A DNA stretch of 64,000 nucleotides from positions 62,001 to 126,000 of the forward strand of contig CBFFRP010000199.1 of NCBI GenBank assembly GCA_965644295.1. Direction: 5' to 3'. The position numbers were made by a program, and so were the translations under genes. Within the stretch, counting starts at the first letter, position 1. Every line of letters starts with the position of its first letter. Positions 13,855 to 27,151 of this stretch are shown one piece after another. Under the pieces are notes generated by a model. The model did no database searches and was not told where the DNA came from. It worked only from the letters and a program-made list of their open reading frames with translations. Source of the stretch: Paraphysomonas bandaiensis. Its lineage: Eukaryota > Protista > Chrysophyceae.

Positions 13855-14298
13855 ATGAATATATGCGATATATATATATATAAATCACAGTATCAGTGAT
13901 AACATATGAAGATCCCCGTATAGTTGATCTCAATATAATTACATAGATATCAATAGAATTCACTTCTTGTTAAACACGTCCACTTCATACTTCTTCTGGC
14001 TACTCTTTGCTATAGTATTTACTTTACGTACACAATAATACACTTTTTTAGAAAATGTGCTATAAAAATAAGGTATATATGCAGCCACTAAAACTGATTC
14101 AGCTAAAAATTGGTGCTTTTAGGTGTATATACAGTACTCAGTACTCAGTGTTTCTGTTTATTGGGGGCTCCTGCCTGTTCTAGATCTGTTTGCTGTGTAT
14201 GATATAACACACATATAGATAGCTATAGCAGTGATTTGCATATAATAGCAATAAACGACATCTGACTTCACTTGTTTGTTCATTTTGAAAATAATTCA

Positions 14299-15195
14299 AT
14301 GGGAAAGGGAAACTGGGAAAGACGAGCGGAAAGAGAGAATGCGAAACGAGAAGCGGCGAGGGCTAAGAAGGCAGCTCGAGGAAATCCCAAGAAAGCGAGT
14401 GCAGAATCCGTAATTAGGAATATATTGAAGAAGGATGATAAATATGGTGTTAATAGTTGCAATATTCGAGCATGGGTTGAACCAGAAGGTGTTCATACAC
14501 CGCTTTGTGGGCTGTGGTTCCGTAGTGAAGCGTGTAAATCTAAAAGGTGCAATGCGTCTCACGAGGTGTCCATTGCGATGTTACGAAACGTTTCTCCATC
14601 TACGACAGAAGCACAGGAAAAGATAACCGAGCCATACGTAGAATGTATTAACTTACAAGATATTTCCCCTAATATGATGGCTCGGGTTAAAATAATTGCA
14701 GTTGATGACACATGTGTATTCGATTATGCACATCCGGAGTTATGGGCTCAGTGGAGCAAGTCTCGGTTAGATCAGCAAAGTGCTGGGAAATCTCTTCCAA
14801 CCGTCGTGGAGTCAGATACGGAAATACGTCATGAGAGTGATGCTGTAGAAGTATGCCTAGAAGACGCAATGGTGAGTTGTTCTATTGATTGTAAGTCATC
14901 GTCGAATAAAACTACTGGGATATGTCACTTTGACTTCCTTAACCCATCCTTAGTCTCACACATTATGCGGTACTTAAGCAATTCAGATGTCTGTGCGTTA
15001 TGCAGTTGTTGCCACAGCCTTCGAAATATTATTCGGAAGGATGACAACATACGAGGTCGAAAACGAGAGCACATGGCTTCCATTGCGAAGGTATTGGTCA
15101 AGAAAAAGAAAGAAGAGAAAAAAAAGAAAACTAAAAGTGCATATGCGAAAAAGTCTGATAAGAAAGATGGGTTTGCCCGTGGTGGTAATAGTTAG
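14299..15195 (+). CDS. F-box-like protein with a CCCH-like zinc finger and basic termini
   Basis: CGLWFRSEACKSKRCNASH (C-x8-C-x4-C-x3-H); F-box-like FDFLNPSLVSHIMRYLSNSDVCALCSCCHSLRNII; ATG at 14299. Confidence 0.65.
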   Translation: MGKGNWERRAERENAKREAARAKKAARGNPKKASAESVIRNILKKDDKYGVNSCNIRAWVEPEGVHTPLCGLWFRSEACKSKRCNASHEVSIAMLRNVSPSTTEAQEKITEPYVECINLQDISPNMMARVKIIAVDDTCVFDYAHPELWAQWSKSRLDQQSAGKSLPTVVESDTEIRHESDAVEVCLEDAMVSCSIDCKSSSNKTTGICHFDFLNPSLVSHIMRYLSNSDVCALCSCCHSLRNIIRKDDNIRGRKREHMASIAKVLVKKKKEEKKKKTKSAYAKKSDKKDGFARGGNS

Positions 15196-15674
15196 TTTAA
15201 GTGTACCCAGAATGTAGTGTATATATGTTGCTTCGTGTTGAACCCAACAGAATATATGTTTTAAAATAATGTATACTTGGAACATATCCTAGTTTCAACA
15301 ATTTTTATTACTGGAAAGTACTTACTATGTTTAGCGACATAAATGATACAGCTTCCGATGTTCTATTGTTTTGTAATGTAGAAAAGGCCTTAAAGAAAAC
15401 AACAAATCATACTAACTAGTTTGTGGCAGTAAAACACTGGTTTGATAGTTAGCTGTTAGCTACATGCAAGTGTTGATGAAGTCAGATAAATATTACCCGT
15501 CATACTTAGAATTCTAGTAAATAATATTCAATTACTAGTCGATTAAAGTATCGTAAATCAAAATTTGAATACTGCAACTGAATTGCAGGTAAAAACAAAA
15601 CGTATTCAAGCGTCAATTATGTAAACAATGGTTTAAAATGATATGTACAAGACTATTATATGCCCACCAGTCCT

Positions 15675-16067
15675 CTACGCCATTGTGTCTGGTGCAATTT
15701 CGATGTCTGCCGGGTCTTCAGGTCCAGTCGGATCTATTACACCCATGTCGGAGTGGTCATTCTGACTGTGGGAGTTTTCATCACCTTCTCTTTCTTTATT
15801 TCCACCCTTACCGGAATCTTTGTCCCCTTCCTTATTCATATGCAACGACTTCTCCACATGAGCGACATTTTCTGCCAATTTGGCTGCCGTTTCTTCAGCT
15901 GAATTGGAGACCTTGTCAATATAATCTTGAGCTTTCTCCTTGATCTCTTTGGCTCTCTCTTCCTCCTTCCTCTCCTCCTTAATCTTTTCCAAATTCGCGG
16001 AATACTCCTCGCCTACATGAGACACAGCGTCCGTAGCTGCCTTGATACGATCGTTCATAGTTGCCAT
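15675..16067 (-). CDS. 130-aa hydrophilic LEA/hydrophilin-like protein, copy A
   Basis: Charged E/K/A-rich helical N-half (ERAKEIKEKAQDYIDKVSNSAEETAAKLAE) and disordered acidic tail; duplicated copy is conserved. Confidence 0.7.
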   Translation of the reverse strand: MATMNDRIKAATDAVSHVGEEYSANLEKIKEERKEEERAKEIKEKAQDYIDKVSNSAEETAAKLAENVAHVEKSLHMNKEGDKDSGKGGNKEREGDENSHSQNDHSDMGVIDPTGPEDPADIEIAPDTMA

Positions 16068-16636
16068 TATAGAATTCTAACGTTACTTATATTAATAGCT
16101 CGGTGTCAGTCAACTGCTTGTGAGACATTAAATTATGAATCAACAATATGTTTGTTTCAGCCATCGCAACAATGAGAATCAACGTGGCAGCATTTATATA
16201 TCTATGAAATCATTTTCTTGGAAGATGTGCGCAGATACTGGAAGAACAAAGAATAGAATAGTCGTAGTTTGAAGGGACACTTTGTAGCTGTACTCTATAC
16301 ACCGTATTGTATTCTGCCCTAAGAGAAGAGAGAGTATCTACTGTACTGAGATGTATCCAGAATTTATGTACTGGAATACAATGTATTCAAGCTATGTGAT
16401 ATACAACTCTATATGCATATATACGGGCGGTACACGTCAAGCTATTCTATTCTTTATTCTTCCAGTATCTGCGCACATCTTCCAAGAAAATGATTTCATA
16501 GATATATAAATGCTGCCACGTTGATTCTCATTGTTGCGATTGCTGGAAACAAGCATCTTGTTGATTCATAATTTAATGTCTCACAAGCAGTTGACTGACA
16601 CCGAGCTATTAATATAAGTAACGTTAGAATTCTATA

Positions 16637-17029
16637 ATGGCAACTATGAACGATCGTATCAAGGCAGCTACGGACGCTGTGTCTCATGTAGGCGAGGAGT
16701 ATTCCGCGAACTTGGAAAAGATTAAGGAGGAGAGGAAGGAGGAAGAGAGAGCCAAAGAGATAAAGGAGAAAGCTCAAGATTATATTGACAAGGTCTCCAA
16801 TTCAGCTGAAGAAACGGCAGCCAAATTGGCAGAAAATGTCGCTCATGTGGAGAAGTCGTTGCATATGAATAAGGAAGGGGACAAAGATTCCGGTAAGGGT
16901 GGAAAGAAAGAAAGAGAAGGTGATGAAAACTCTCACAGTCAGAATGACCACTCCGACATGGGTGTAATAGATCCGACTGGACCTGAAGACCCGGCAGACA
17001 TCGAAATTGCACCAGACACAATGGCGTAG
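16637..17029 (+). CDS. 130-aa hydrophilic LEA/hydrophilin-like protein, copy B
   Basis: Identical to copy A except GGNKE versus GGKKE. Confidence 0.7.
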   Translation: MATMNDRIKAATDAVSHVGEEYSANLEKIKEERKEEERAKEIKEKAQDYIDKVSNSAEETAAKLAENVAHVEKSLHMNKEGDKDSGKGGKKEREGDENSHSQNDHSDMGVIDPTGPEDPADIEIAPDTMA

Positions 17030-18082
17030 AGGACTGGCGGGCATATAATAGTCTTGTACATATCATTTTAAACCATTGTTTACATAATTGACGCTTGAAT
17101 ACGTTTTGTTTTTACCTGCAATTCAGTTGCAGTATTCAAATTTTGATTTACGATACTTTAATCGACTAGTAATTGAATATTATTTATTAGAATGAATATA
17201 TTCTATCTTGTTTGTATTACGTTGTGTCATTCGCGTTGAGCTATACAGGAAGTAGGCAAGGCCGTTCTATATTATATATTGTAGTATATAGTTCTAGATA
17301 TGACGGGTAATACTACGGAATATTATCCATAGGAGGTATATGTATCAGCACTGATATTTACACTATACAATGTTCACAGCATACTCACTACGATTCAACG
17401 GTATTGTATACTGATGTATATATAGACTACTGATTTGTAAAGCCTGACTTCATCAACTTTGGAATGCAACTATCAAATGAGCCCACGGCTTTGAACGAGT
17501 ACGATTTTCTATTTTCATAATGCACTTCCAAATCCGCATTCGAAAACAGTAGAACATCTGTAGATTTGCCTTTTATGGCGCAGAGCATAGCAAATACTGG
17601 TCTGTCATGATCACATGCATTTCGTGCAGCATGCATTATTGTCAATGCTCGGTGTATAATATCATACAGTATCTTGTTTGTGTTTGGTTTCATGGTACTG
17701 TATTTTATGTGCAGCATGGAGACATGTAGAACTTATAACTCTATTATTGACTATTACTGTTTACTTCTAAACATAATTTCATTTCAATGGGTTCATTTTG
17801 AATGCACAGACAAAGAATACGGTTAAACGAAAGAGTACGTATCGAATCAGTTGCTGTTGTACCTACGAGATTTGGAAATCACCAACTCGAACAGATATAA
17901 TAGAACAAGCTAACCACATATAAGGTACTAATGGCTTTTTGCAGATTAACAATATAGCGAATAACAAAGTATAACAGTATGTTATTAACTTGTTGTACTA
18001 GACTTGGATATCACTATCACTAAAAGCTCAATACTGTCTACGTGCAACGTATACTACTACACATATAACACACAACCATGTA

Positions 18083-20138
18083 TTATAATTCGTCATTATC
18101 TTCTTCTGAGTATTTACCCGAATGTAAACAGCTTTGGGGTGTACAATTTAACATATCAGAATTACTATCATCCGTGGGGTCTGCCAATAATATCTGGTGA
18201 AATAAACAGCACTCAAAATACAATAAGTTAAAGATCAAACCTCCTACCGTATCTAAATCCACGCCTGATACACATATTAGTGTGACGAGAGCAAAACGCA
18301 TGGTCAACTCAAACTTACCTTTAGTTTCTGGTAGACAGAGAGTGCACCCCATACCTATTCCATTTATAACCGCTAACGTTATACCGATTGCTGAGAGTCC
18401 TATTCGGGAATGTATCAGAAAAGGACTCAACAGAGAGCCTAGTCTTTCCATCGCTGTCGCAAGTGCATGACCAGATGCCCTCATTTCCGTAGGAAAGAGT
18501 TCACATGTCGCCACCCACGTAGAAAGATTGGTTCCCATCGAAGAAATGCGGGCACACACAGACACAATCATGAGTGCAGTATAATTTAGCTCAAAACCAA
18601 AAAAAAATGCACTAATTCCTGCAATACAGAACATGAAGCTCATTGTTGAGACCCTACCCCACTTGTCGATTAAGATAAAGAGCATTACCACAGCAACCAC
18701 CTGTACATATATACTGTCAGTGCAGAATTAAAATTTCATCTCACTCACTTCTGAAGATGAGTTTAGCAATATATTTCCATAGTCAAAATCACAGATTTCA
18801 TCGGTATTAAGTTCGGATTTCTTTTGAAACAATTTCACCACAAGAAGCACTACACCTGTAACACAGCACCAAATCACATTGCAACTTGATATGATTTAAC
18901 TGTGCTCCACCACAAAATCTCACCGTAATATCCTACGTAATATCATCGTTAAAACGTAAATATACAACTGCGTTCGACACCCACCGAATCCAAAAGTGAA
19001 CCAGACAGTCCATAGAGGAAGGGTAAGCTTTATGTATGCCGGGCTGACGAATACCATTAGATCAGACAAGGTCCCCAATATCTCGCTAACTGCAGTGGTA
19101 GACTGCTGATGGGCTACGGATCCAGCATCGGCCGCTTGCAGTGAAACCTCATCAATATGTATTTTGTTTACTGCGGCCATCTGTCTAACCACTTCTTCAG
19201 CTTCAGAAGTGCGCCCATGCACAAGCAGCCACCTATGTGAAAAATGAAGAGATATACAATTTCAGTAACCAAATTCTACACCTGGGGCTCTCAGGAAGAT
19301 ACACAATAGAGCATATCAGGGAAATACTAACAGGAACAACTGTCACTAGTGCTAGTGCACGCCACCCATGATTGGACAACAGCATCCACGCAAATATTGT
19401 CACAAAAGCAGAGCCGATTGTCCAAAACCCCTGTAGCATCCTCATAATACATCTAATATAACCGGACTTATCTCACCTGTAAATAAATTAGATAAGAGCC
19501 GCGATGAGACGTGGGCAGCATCTCGGCCAATAAATCGAAAGTTACAGCCATTCCGCCTACCCCTGTAAGACAGTTACCTATACCCTCAAATATCAAGTAA
19601 TCAACTCACCGATACCAACAAAAAACTGAAATACAAGTAGAATAGGCAGATTAGGTGCCAACGAAGTCAATATACCAAATGCTGAAACTACTGCAAGTGC
19701 TGGAACGAATATGAAACGTTGCGAATATAAAATATTCCAAATATACCAATAATAGATATTGGTCTCCTGCCAAATTTATCACCCAATGGACCCCATATTA
19801 ATCCTCCAAAGAGTTCTCCCGCGAATACCACACTCATAATTGAAGCGACCTCTGCGGTGCTTAAGTTCCAATTCTCTCCTACACATGCTCCGAGAAACCC
19901 CAGCAAACTAACCTCCTATACACTGGTTAGTAACAAGAATATAGCATACAAATATATGTTATAGCACCATTCCATCCGCCATGTTTCCGAGGCCACATAT
20001 AAGCAGCAGTCGATTATGATACCATCCTAATGGTATTCGCTCCAACCATACGCTTAAACTGGATTTCTTTCCACTATTGGGATGGTTAATATCCTCATCG
20101 TTCGAGTCAATGGCAGAGTATGATGCTACCATAGCCAT
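18083..20138 (-). CDS. MFS transporter, SV2/SVOP-like (multi-exon)
   Basis: N-terminal GWYHNRLLLICGLGNMADGM; MFS motif A GPLGDKFGRRP; YLPESPR; second-half DKWGRV and ELFPTEMRASG. The 3' end is approximate. Confidence 0.9.
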
Positions 20139-20516
20139 ATACGAATTGAAATAATGATAATGTGTTTGTGATAGATATAAACATTAACAGATTCCACTTT
20201 CAGAAAGAGGATGATGCATGACTGTTGTGTGCTATATACATTTTTTACAATAAAAATTATTATTTTTTTCCTTTTGTAAAATAATTTTCTACAGGAATAG
20301 CAATATGTAAAAAAATATTTTACTTATACAAAATTGTAAAAAAAATATATACTGTGGTAACATATGCATGAAGAGTCTTCATATGAATGAATGCACCCGT
20401 TATGAAGGAGAATTCAATTGAGCCAGACAGATCATAGTAATCTACGAAGAAGTATGTATAGTATCCCAGTATAATCTATCTTCTATTTCTTTGGGTGATT
20501 ACAATCAATTGCGAAG

Positions 20517-21312
20517 ATGGAAGGTCTTCTCAATTCATTTCTATCACAGAAACAGAAGAAACCTGATGCAGTACCAGAACCAGACATGTCTGCACTTGCA
20601 GCCATCACAAACTTTAGTAAGAGAGAGTTAAAGAGATTATTTGCAAGATATTGTATGATATGCAACAAGCAGACAGGATTGATTGAGAAGATACCGTTCA
20701 TACAGCAGCCGGAGCTGGTGTATTGCCCAATTGGACACATCGCCTTTGATATGGAGCGACGTAACTTCATCAAACATCGTGCAATGTTAAGAGAAGAAAA
20801 ACTGAAAAAAGATGATGAAGAAACACTAAAAAATGATGATGATGATAAACGCAGTGAGGACAGGGCAGAAACAGCTGATGACAATAAGGGAATGACGACA
20901 GAAAACAATGTACAAGATACTATCATCGGCGAAGCTGATTTGGATGAGTGCGAGGGCATAGATTTTTTTCATTTCGTCAAAATGTTAAGTGAATTTAGCC
21001 CAAAGGCTAGTTTATCTAGGAAAATATCATGTAAGTAATGTTGTATTATATTGTAATATCTAACATTGAATAGATTTCTTCAAAATGATTGCTACAGACG
21101 ACACTCAAACAATAACGAAAGACAATTACTTGGATTTCTTGAAAAACCATACATATGGAATGGTTCCTGCCCATAACTACGATGACATCATAGACGATAT
21201 GTGGGATAACATACTGCAGGAAATTGGGCATGATGCACCTTTATCTCGAAAAGACTTGTCTAAATTAGTCACCGCTATCGACATGCACCTATTAATGACG
21301 ATAAGTTATTAA
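20517..21312 (+). CDS. Calcineurin-B/CHP-like EF-hand protein with degenerate loops and an acidic insert; intron 21031-21073
   Basis: TNFSKRELKRLFARY, FIQQPELVYCP, GIDFFHFVKMLSEFSPKAS..KI and second exon YFFKMIATDDTQTITKDNYLDFL match the CNB-family layout. Confidence 0.7.
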
Positions 21313-21534
21313 ATATATATACTTTAGAGTACGTAACGGTCTGGTACTAATCATATATATTCAGCAAGCATTCGACTATCAAGTTGCCCCATCCTGTGTA
21401 CAGAATGCAAAAAGTGGAAATCATACATACATTTTAAAAGTCATTCTTAATACTATTTCGGTTAAGGAAAATCCATTCAATGGATATAACTGGCTTAGTC
21501 GTTTACTTATGTTTTAAGCCTATTACCACTACAT

Positions 21535-22007
21535 CAGCGCTAGGAAACATTATATTGCAATACTATTGTTAGAAAGAGCCCATTTAATACTATTATTGGA
21601 GTCATATTTTCAACAATACTATTGCAAATTATTCGAATGATGAGAAAAATATTTTCCCTGCTTTCTGCTCTTTTTCCACTCATATACACTCTAGAGGGAA
21701 TCCTTAATTCCTTCATTGGGAACGATTTTGTATGATGGAGAGAGAAAGTGTGACTGAAACCAACTGAGTAACAGTGTATACTATATACTATATACAATAT
21801 TAGGTCGAGTTTTGATAACGACCAACGATACTGAGTGCAGTTACATCGCGCTGAGTGTGAAGTTATACTTCTCACAGCGCAATACTGACTGAATTACATT
21901 AGGAGGATGCGGTGAAATGTGAAATTGTGATGTTACAGGATTCGGTAACAACATATTGTATGGAACGCTATCTAACAATAGTATTGAAATATATTTCCCT
22001 TTCCCTG
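21535..22007. mobile_element. Degenerate MITE related to the 37871-38666 hAT family
   Basis: Imperfect TIRs CAGCGCTAGGAAACATTATATTGCAATACTATTGTTAG versus revcomp CAGGGAAAGGGAAATATATTTCAATACTATTGTTAG. The right end matches 38620-38666. No TSD seen. Confidence 0.6.
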
Positions 22008-22876
22008 TGATATTGTAGCACTGTGATTGTGTAAACACAGCAATCATATCTTTTTCAGCTAATATATATATTATATATTCAGATTTTTTGTGTACTTTTA
22101 ACGGCTACTCCTATATTGTAGTCATGTAGATTCTGTATTTCATTGCTACATAGAATACAGAATGGCTACTAGCGACAGTTTTAGCACTTAAATCTGCATT
22201 GGTTGTACCTTATAGCCTAATAGTGAACAATCATTCTGATCTTCATTAGTAGCCGACGCCATCATCGACACTATGCCTTATTGTATTTCAGAAATCTCGG
22301 TAAAAAAGATGAAAACTCAAAGGTAATCAATTCTTCTGTAGTTGAGTTTCTCGTAATCGTGAGTACTTTGTACTTAACCATGTCGTAATTGTAAGTTAAC
22401 TAATGTAAACTTGCGAGATTTCGGGATGTAAAAAATGCTCGAATTACTTTTCCGATTAAAATCCTGTTTGTATATCTAAATAATATTCACAAATGTAACA
22501 AGTTTGCTGATGCCAAACCTAAACGGACATCATCGTCTCCAAAGACAAGCACTAACAGCCCGCCAAGCAGTTTGAAGAAATCTACCACAAAAATAACAAA
22601 CACCTATCAAACAATTGCGTTAGATTGCAAAAAGGAAATAAATTGGTGTAAAACAAGAAATGCAAATGCTCGCAGGCTCAGCTCTTCCTATTCAAGAGCA
22701 ACACGATCTACCGATAAGGATTCCTCGTTTTAAGGAGTCCTATACGGTTGGCTATCGACTAAGTCGAATGCGTTCAGCAATATATAGCTGTCTTCATTGC
22801 CCATAGCATTGCTAATATATATATACATGACAGTACAGGGTTGAATTACCTGTAATGAGAAATTATGCATGCGCGC

Positions 22877-23683
22877 TTATGAGGTCTCGGTCACTAGTGA
22901 TATGCGTATGTGGTCGCTCTCCGCACTAACAGGGCCCGACATAAAAGAGTAGAAGTCCCCACATACACCAGGAAGATCTAGAACTGAAAACCCCTTTGCA
23001 TCTTTCTCCATGTCTACTAACAGGACCTGGGTAGCGCTCAGGGAGAGGGCCCCAAGTTCGACCAGCTTTGCGAGGCGGTTCGGAGTCCCGACAACTATAG
23101 GAAAATGTGCCCGCAGTGCGACCACCTGATCTTGAACTTTAAAGTGTTTTGCAAACAGTTTGCCGATTTTGCACTTCGCTTCTTTGGATATTGCGTTTAT
23201 CACAGACGCTGCACGGCGAGCACCACTGCAAACAATTACCACGAATGGGCAGCCGGGTTCCACTGCTTCGGAGTTTAACACAGATCTATATGACTCTATC
23301 CCTGATGCAACAGCAACCATAAATGGATTCTTCAGCGAGGGTACTGATGAGGGAGAAAAAAAATGTTCTGGGGTAAAGCTTCCTGGGTTGCTACCACCAG
23401 CAGCACCAGTGGACAGAAATAGTCGACACTGTTCAGCCGGTGATACGAGTGACAACTTCTCCTTAACACAGTTTCCTTTTGCCTTTTTCTTTGCTTTCAT
23501 TTCTTCAAACTTTTGCTTCCGTTTAGCTTTTTTTTCCTGCTTCTTCGCCAAAGCTTGAATCTCTTCATTAGAGGCTTCTTCCTCAGCGTCACTCTCACTG
23601 TCGCTTTGACTATCACTTTTGTTATCATATTCATTTATTTCATTCTCAAATTCAAAGACATCATCTTCTAAATTATCACCCAT
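22877..23683 (-). CDS. CMS1: CMS1/CMSS1-like 90S pre-ribosome protein
   Basis: PFVVIVCSGARRA, KLFAKHFKVQDQV, VVGTPNRLAKL, LLVDMEKDAKGFSVLDLP. Confidence 0.85.
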   Translation of the reverse strand: MGDNLEDDVFEFENEINEYDNKSDSQSDSESDAEEEASNEEIQALAKKQEKKAKRKQKFEEMKAKKKAKGNCVKEKLSLVSPAEQCRLFLSTGAAGGSNPGSFTPEHFFSPSSVPSLKNPFMVAVASGIESYRSVLNSEAVEPGCPFVVIVCSGARRAASVINAISKEAKCKIGKLFAKHFKVQDQVVALRAHFPIVVGTPNRLAKLVELGALSLSATQVLLVDMEKDAKGFSVLDLPGVCGDFYSFMSGPVSAESDHIRISLVTETS

Positions 23684-24130
23684 TGCAAGATTTTAATCTC
23701 GCCAATTGGCTTTAGTTGCGATAATTATGAAGCTGTCACAAGCCTGTCTGTATGTTGTGTCACACTATTCGAGATATGGAAGTATCACTGAATGAACAGG
23801 ACTGTACTTGCTTCCCCACCGTACATTTCATATAACCAATCAAACTACTATATTTATATTTCATTGGAAATAACGTATTTACTTTATCGAAGTGGATGGT
23901 GGTACCATATGACACAAATATTCTTCTATTTCAGTATACAGCAGAATACAGTCACAGTGCAGCAGCCTATAGCTAACTCCTTAAGAGCTTAAGGCTTAAG
24001 AGCTTATGGAACAGAGCAGTTAGAATTTAAGAGCAGAAGTCGTATAATGAGATTTACTTTAGATTAGAATTTATTCTGTATATTATCTGTTGTGATTTAA
24101 TATTATTTCTATCAAGAATTATTGATTTAA

Positions 24131-24631
24131 ATGATTACAAATTTAAGAAATGCAAGAAGAGTTTTATCACCTGCAATAAATGAAATCAAATCACATGCTG
24201 AGTTAACCATTTCAAAGACATCTCCTGATCATGTTATATTTAACTCCTCTACATCAAGTGGGATAACTGATTTAGCGTATGAATGGCGAAAATCTTCCAA
24301 GAAAGTTAGTATACATTTCAAGATGAACGAAGAAGGAATTGCATCTTATAGAAGACTTGCAAAAGTGCTAGCAGATAACAAATCTGTGGAATTAGAGTAT
24401 ACACCTCACTTTGGACAGGTATTTTACGAGTTTTTTAATTACGAATGTATCTTATAATTGTCCCAGTCAAGGATTTCGTTCGAGTGGGATGAGTTTTGGA
24501 ATATTTTAGACCAGAGTCAATTAGGAACACGAGACAATTATTTGCAACTAGAAGGCGGCAGTACCATAGATACAACATTATCTGATATTGTCAGCTCCAA
24601 TATGTCGAATATATCAGAGTCCAAATTGTAG
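24131..24631 (+). CDS. Hypothetical ~150-aa protein, possible N-terminal organellar presequence; intron ~24419-24466
   Basis: ORF 24131.. continues after a GT..CAG intron as SRISFEWDEFWNILDQ...ESKL*. Confidence 0.55.
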
Positions 24632-25310
24632 AGTGTGTGATGTTCATTTCTATTTTTCTGTCTCGTGAGTATCTAGTGTCTAACATTGAAAACTGAGTAC
24701 GTAATTTGTTACCGTTTACAAATTTGTGGAAACAGGGTGGGAGCTTCTTGTCTAAGCCTCGGTGCTTTAAACCAAATATTAATAATATATTACTACGTAC
24801 ATTTTACTTAATACCTACTGTAAGGGTACACTTCCTTGTAGATTGTTGTAGGATTACTGCAAATTTGTAGTCCTTTCCAATTGATTTTGGTATTGTATTA
24901 CGTTTATTTCAAATGTCTGGTAAGCAATCAAATATTCTTCCTTACGCCCATACTATTTGCGGATCAATAATGTGCCCTTGTCCAACATATATGTACTATT
25001 AGTACACACGACTACATGGTATTCTTCTGTATTCTACATTCTACTGACAACTAGGCACAGCTTGTCTCTTCTTATAAAACTCTGGCTCCGTTACTAGAAT
25101 GAAACTTCCTATTAAATAAAGTGCATTCGTAAGTTATAGGATGCAGGAGGTAACATCTACAGCCAGTAAGAACAAACACATAATCGCCTTTCCGGGGGCT
25201 TCATTGTCCATTATTAGTCGGCGTTGTGTGTGTAGGAGACACATGAATAGAGCATTACCTATATTTTTATAATTCTATAGGCAGATTATTAAATAGATTT
25301 ATTATAGCCT

Positions 25311-26672
25311 CTATGTACATTTCTCTACACTATCTGCAGGAATACTAAGTTTTTTATGATCGACACCGAGGAGAAAAAGCTCACTCCACTTTTCATCCTC
25401 AAATCCAACAGGTTCGTCAGAATCCACCACAAAACATCTCTGTCCAGCAGAACCCACGATAACTGCAGAATAGGGGTGATACTCAACGCTATTAACACAA
25501 CTCATTGATATTTGGGACGAATGAACAGCAGCAAAAGTCTTGACATCATACACTATCAGCCTATAGAACACACTATGAGACCTCGCTCTAAAGCAAAAAA
25601 GGCGTCCAATACCTTCCACTCTCAGTACCAGTTGCCAAATAGGCACCCCATGGATCCAGCGCAAAAGTCATACGTTGATTCGTGGTTAAATCTCTGTGTA
25701 CCCTTCCTAGCTCCTGGCCGGTATTCCTGATGTCGTAACATACCAAGTCGCTGTGTTTCCTACCGCCCACCCAGAGCATAGTTCCACAAGGAGACCAACG
25801 CGTACATGTCACTCCAAAATCCAGTCCACGTAATTCCATCGCACATGCCCTCTCATTCTCCACATATATACCAACGCTCATGTCATAAGAGCCTGCAGCG
25901 AAGCATCCAGAACGATCAGGATTGAAACTGAGGTCAGATATCAATCCTTTCTGCCCTATAAACACACTGAAGTCACACAGCAGATAGCTTATATTGATGT
26001 AAAAAACCTTGTTTCGCGCGGCGGGTTTTCGAAGTAGGAATATCGGTGCACTGCTTTCCAGGGTGCTCAACATCAAAGCACCTGGAATATACCTTAGTAA
26101 CTACACTGATGTCAATAATATGCAATACCGTATCATTCTATTTGAGCCTGCATATATTTTGTTCCCATCTAAATTGAAGGTGACGGATAATGCAGAATCC
26201 AGCTCGTCAAGATGGTTGTGACCCAAATAGCTGCACCTTATTTCTCCTATCAGTTCATTACAGTGTGTGATACAATATCCTGATTTCAACCTGATGCAAC
26301 ATCCCATAACTGAATCGGGTGGTCTCTCGAAGTTGAAATGAAGCAACAGCTTGGAGAATATTGGGAGTTCATATGAGGGTACCACGCATAAGAATATATC
26401 GCTTCACCGACTTGATAAGCGCCGGTAAGGGTCATGGTTGAGTTGGAGGGAGGGTCATTACCAGTTGTCGATTCATAATACATATACGCCGACGTGATAT
26501 CACCAACACTCCAACATGTTAAATAGTTGCTTTCTGATGCCATAAGAGTACTGGTACCATCAGGTGACAATATATTCGCTTTCACAAAATCACCAGTTGA
26601 TGATGAGCATAATTTCTTGTCGTCGATTAGCTTGACACTCTCTGTGCCTGCAAACTGAAAAGGCGATGCCAT
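25311..26672 (-). CDS. WRAP53: Telomerase Cajal body protein 1 (WD40), multi-exon
   Basis: GEAIYSYAWYPHMNSQYSPSCCFISTSRDHPIQLWDVASG; HNHLDELDSALSVTFNLDGNKIYAG; RDLTTNQRMTFALDP; GSAGQRCF. Confidence 0.92.
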
Positions 26673-27151
26673 ATTTCCAACAAATATTATTGCTTATGAT
26701 CTACTTATGCAATGCATGACAACTCAATAGAATGTGTGTATGGTCTATATGCTGTTGCTAGAAATGATGTCCATGATAATATACTACTATGCACCTGAAC
26801 ATGATCAAGCAGAAATATCAGACTGACCAAACCATACATACTCCTGTACATACATATACGACACTAAGACCTGTATTGTACTTATGTACCTGTGTACATC
26901 CATATCTGTACAGAGTACACCAGTACATGTATTTTATAGTATGGAATACAGAATATAGAATACCGAATACTACTCTCCATATTTTCTAGATTACAGTGTG
27001 TCATTTTTGTTGAACTTGTCGTTATATCTTCGCTAATATTATGAGGAGATACTGCTGTATATATAACGTTAACTATACACTTGATGCAAAGAGATCAACC
27101 ATATCAATTGTGATTTAACAGTTCTATATACACCAGACAAGATTAAGCTGT

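Larger units (their letters stand above)
15511..17193. repeat. Long inverted duplication (arms ~15511-16261 and ~16442-17193, ~180-bp spacer)
   Basis: The arms are near-perfect reverse complements, including UTRs and both 130-aa ORFs. Confidence 0.95.

Noticed and set aside
17427-17717. 96-aa ORF on the - strand
   Set aside because: No motif or splice support; probably intergenic or a remnant.
22404-22733. ATG-less open frame of ~110 codons on the + strand (..KFADAKPKRTSSSPK..)
   Set aside because: I could build no reliable upstream exon or start and saw no recognisable domain. It may be a decayed or unresolved gene.
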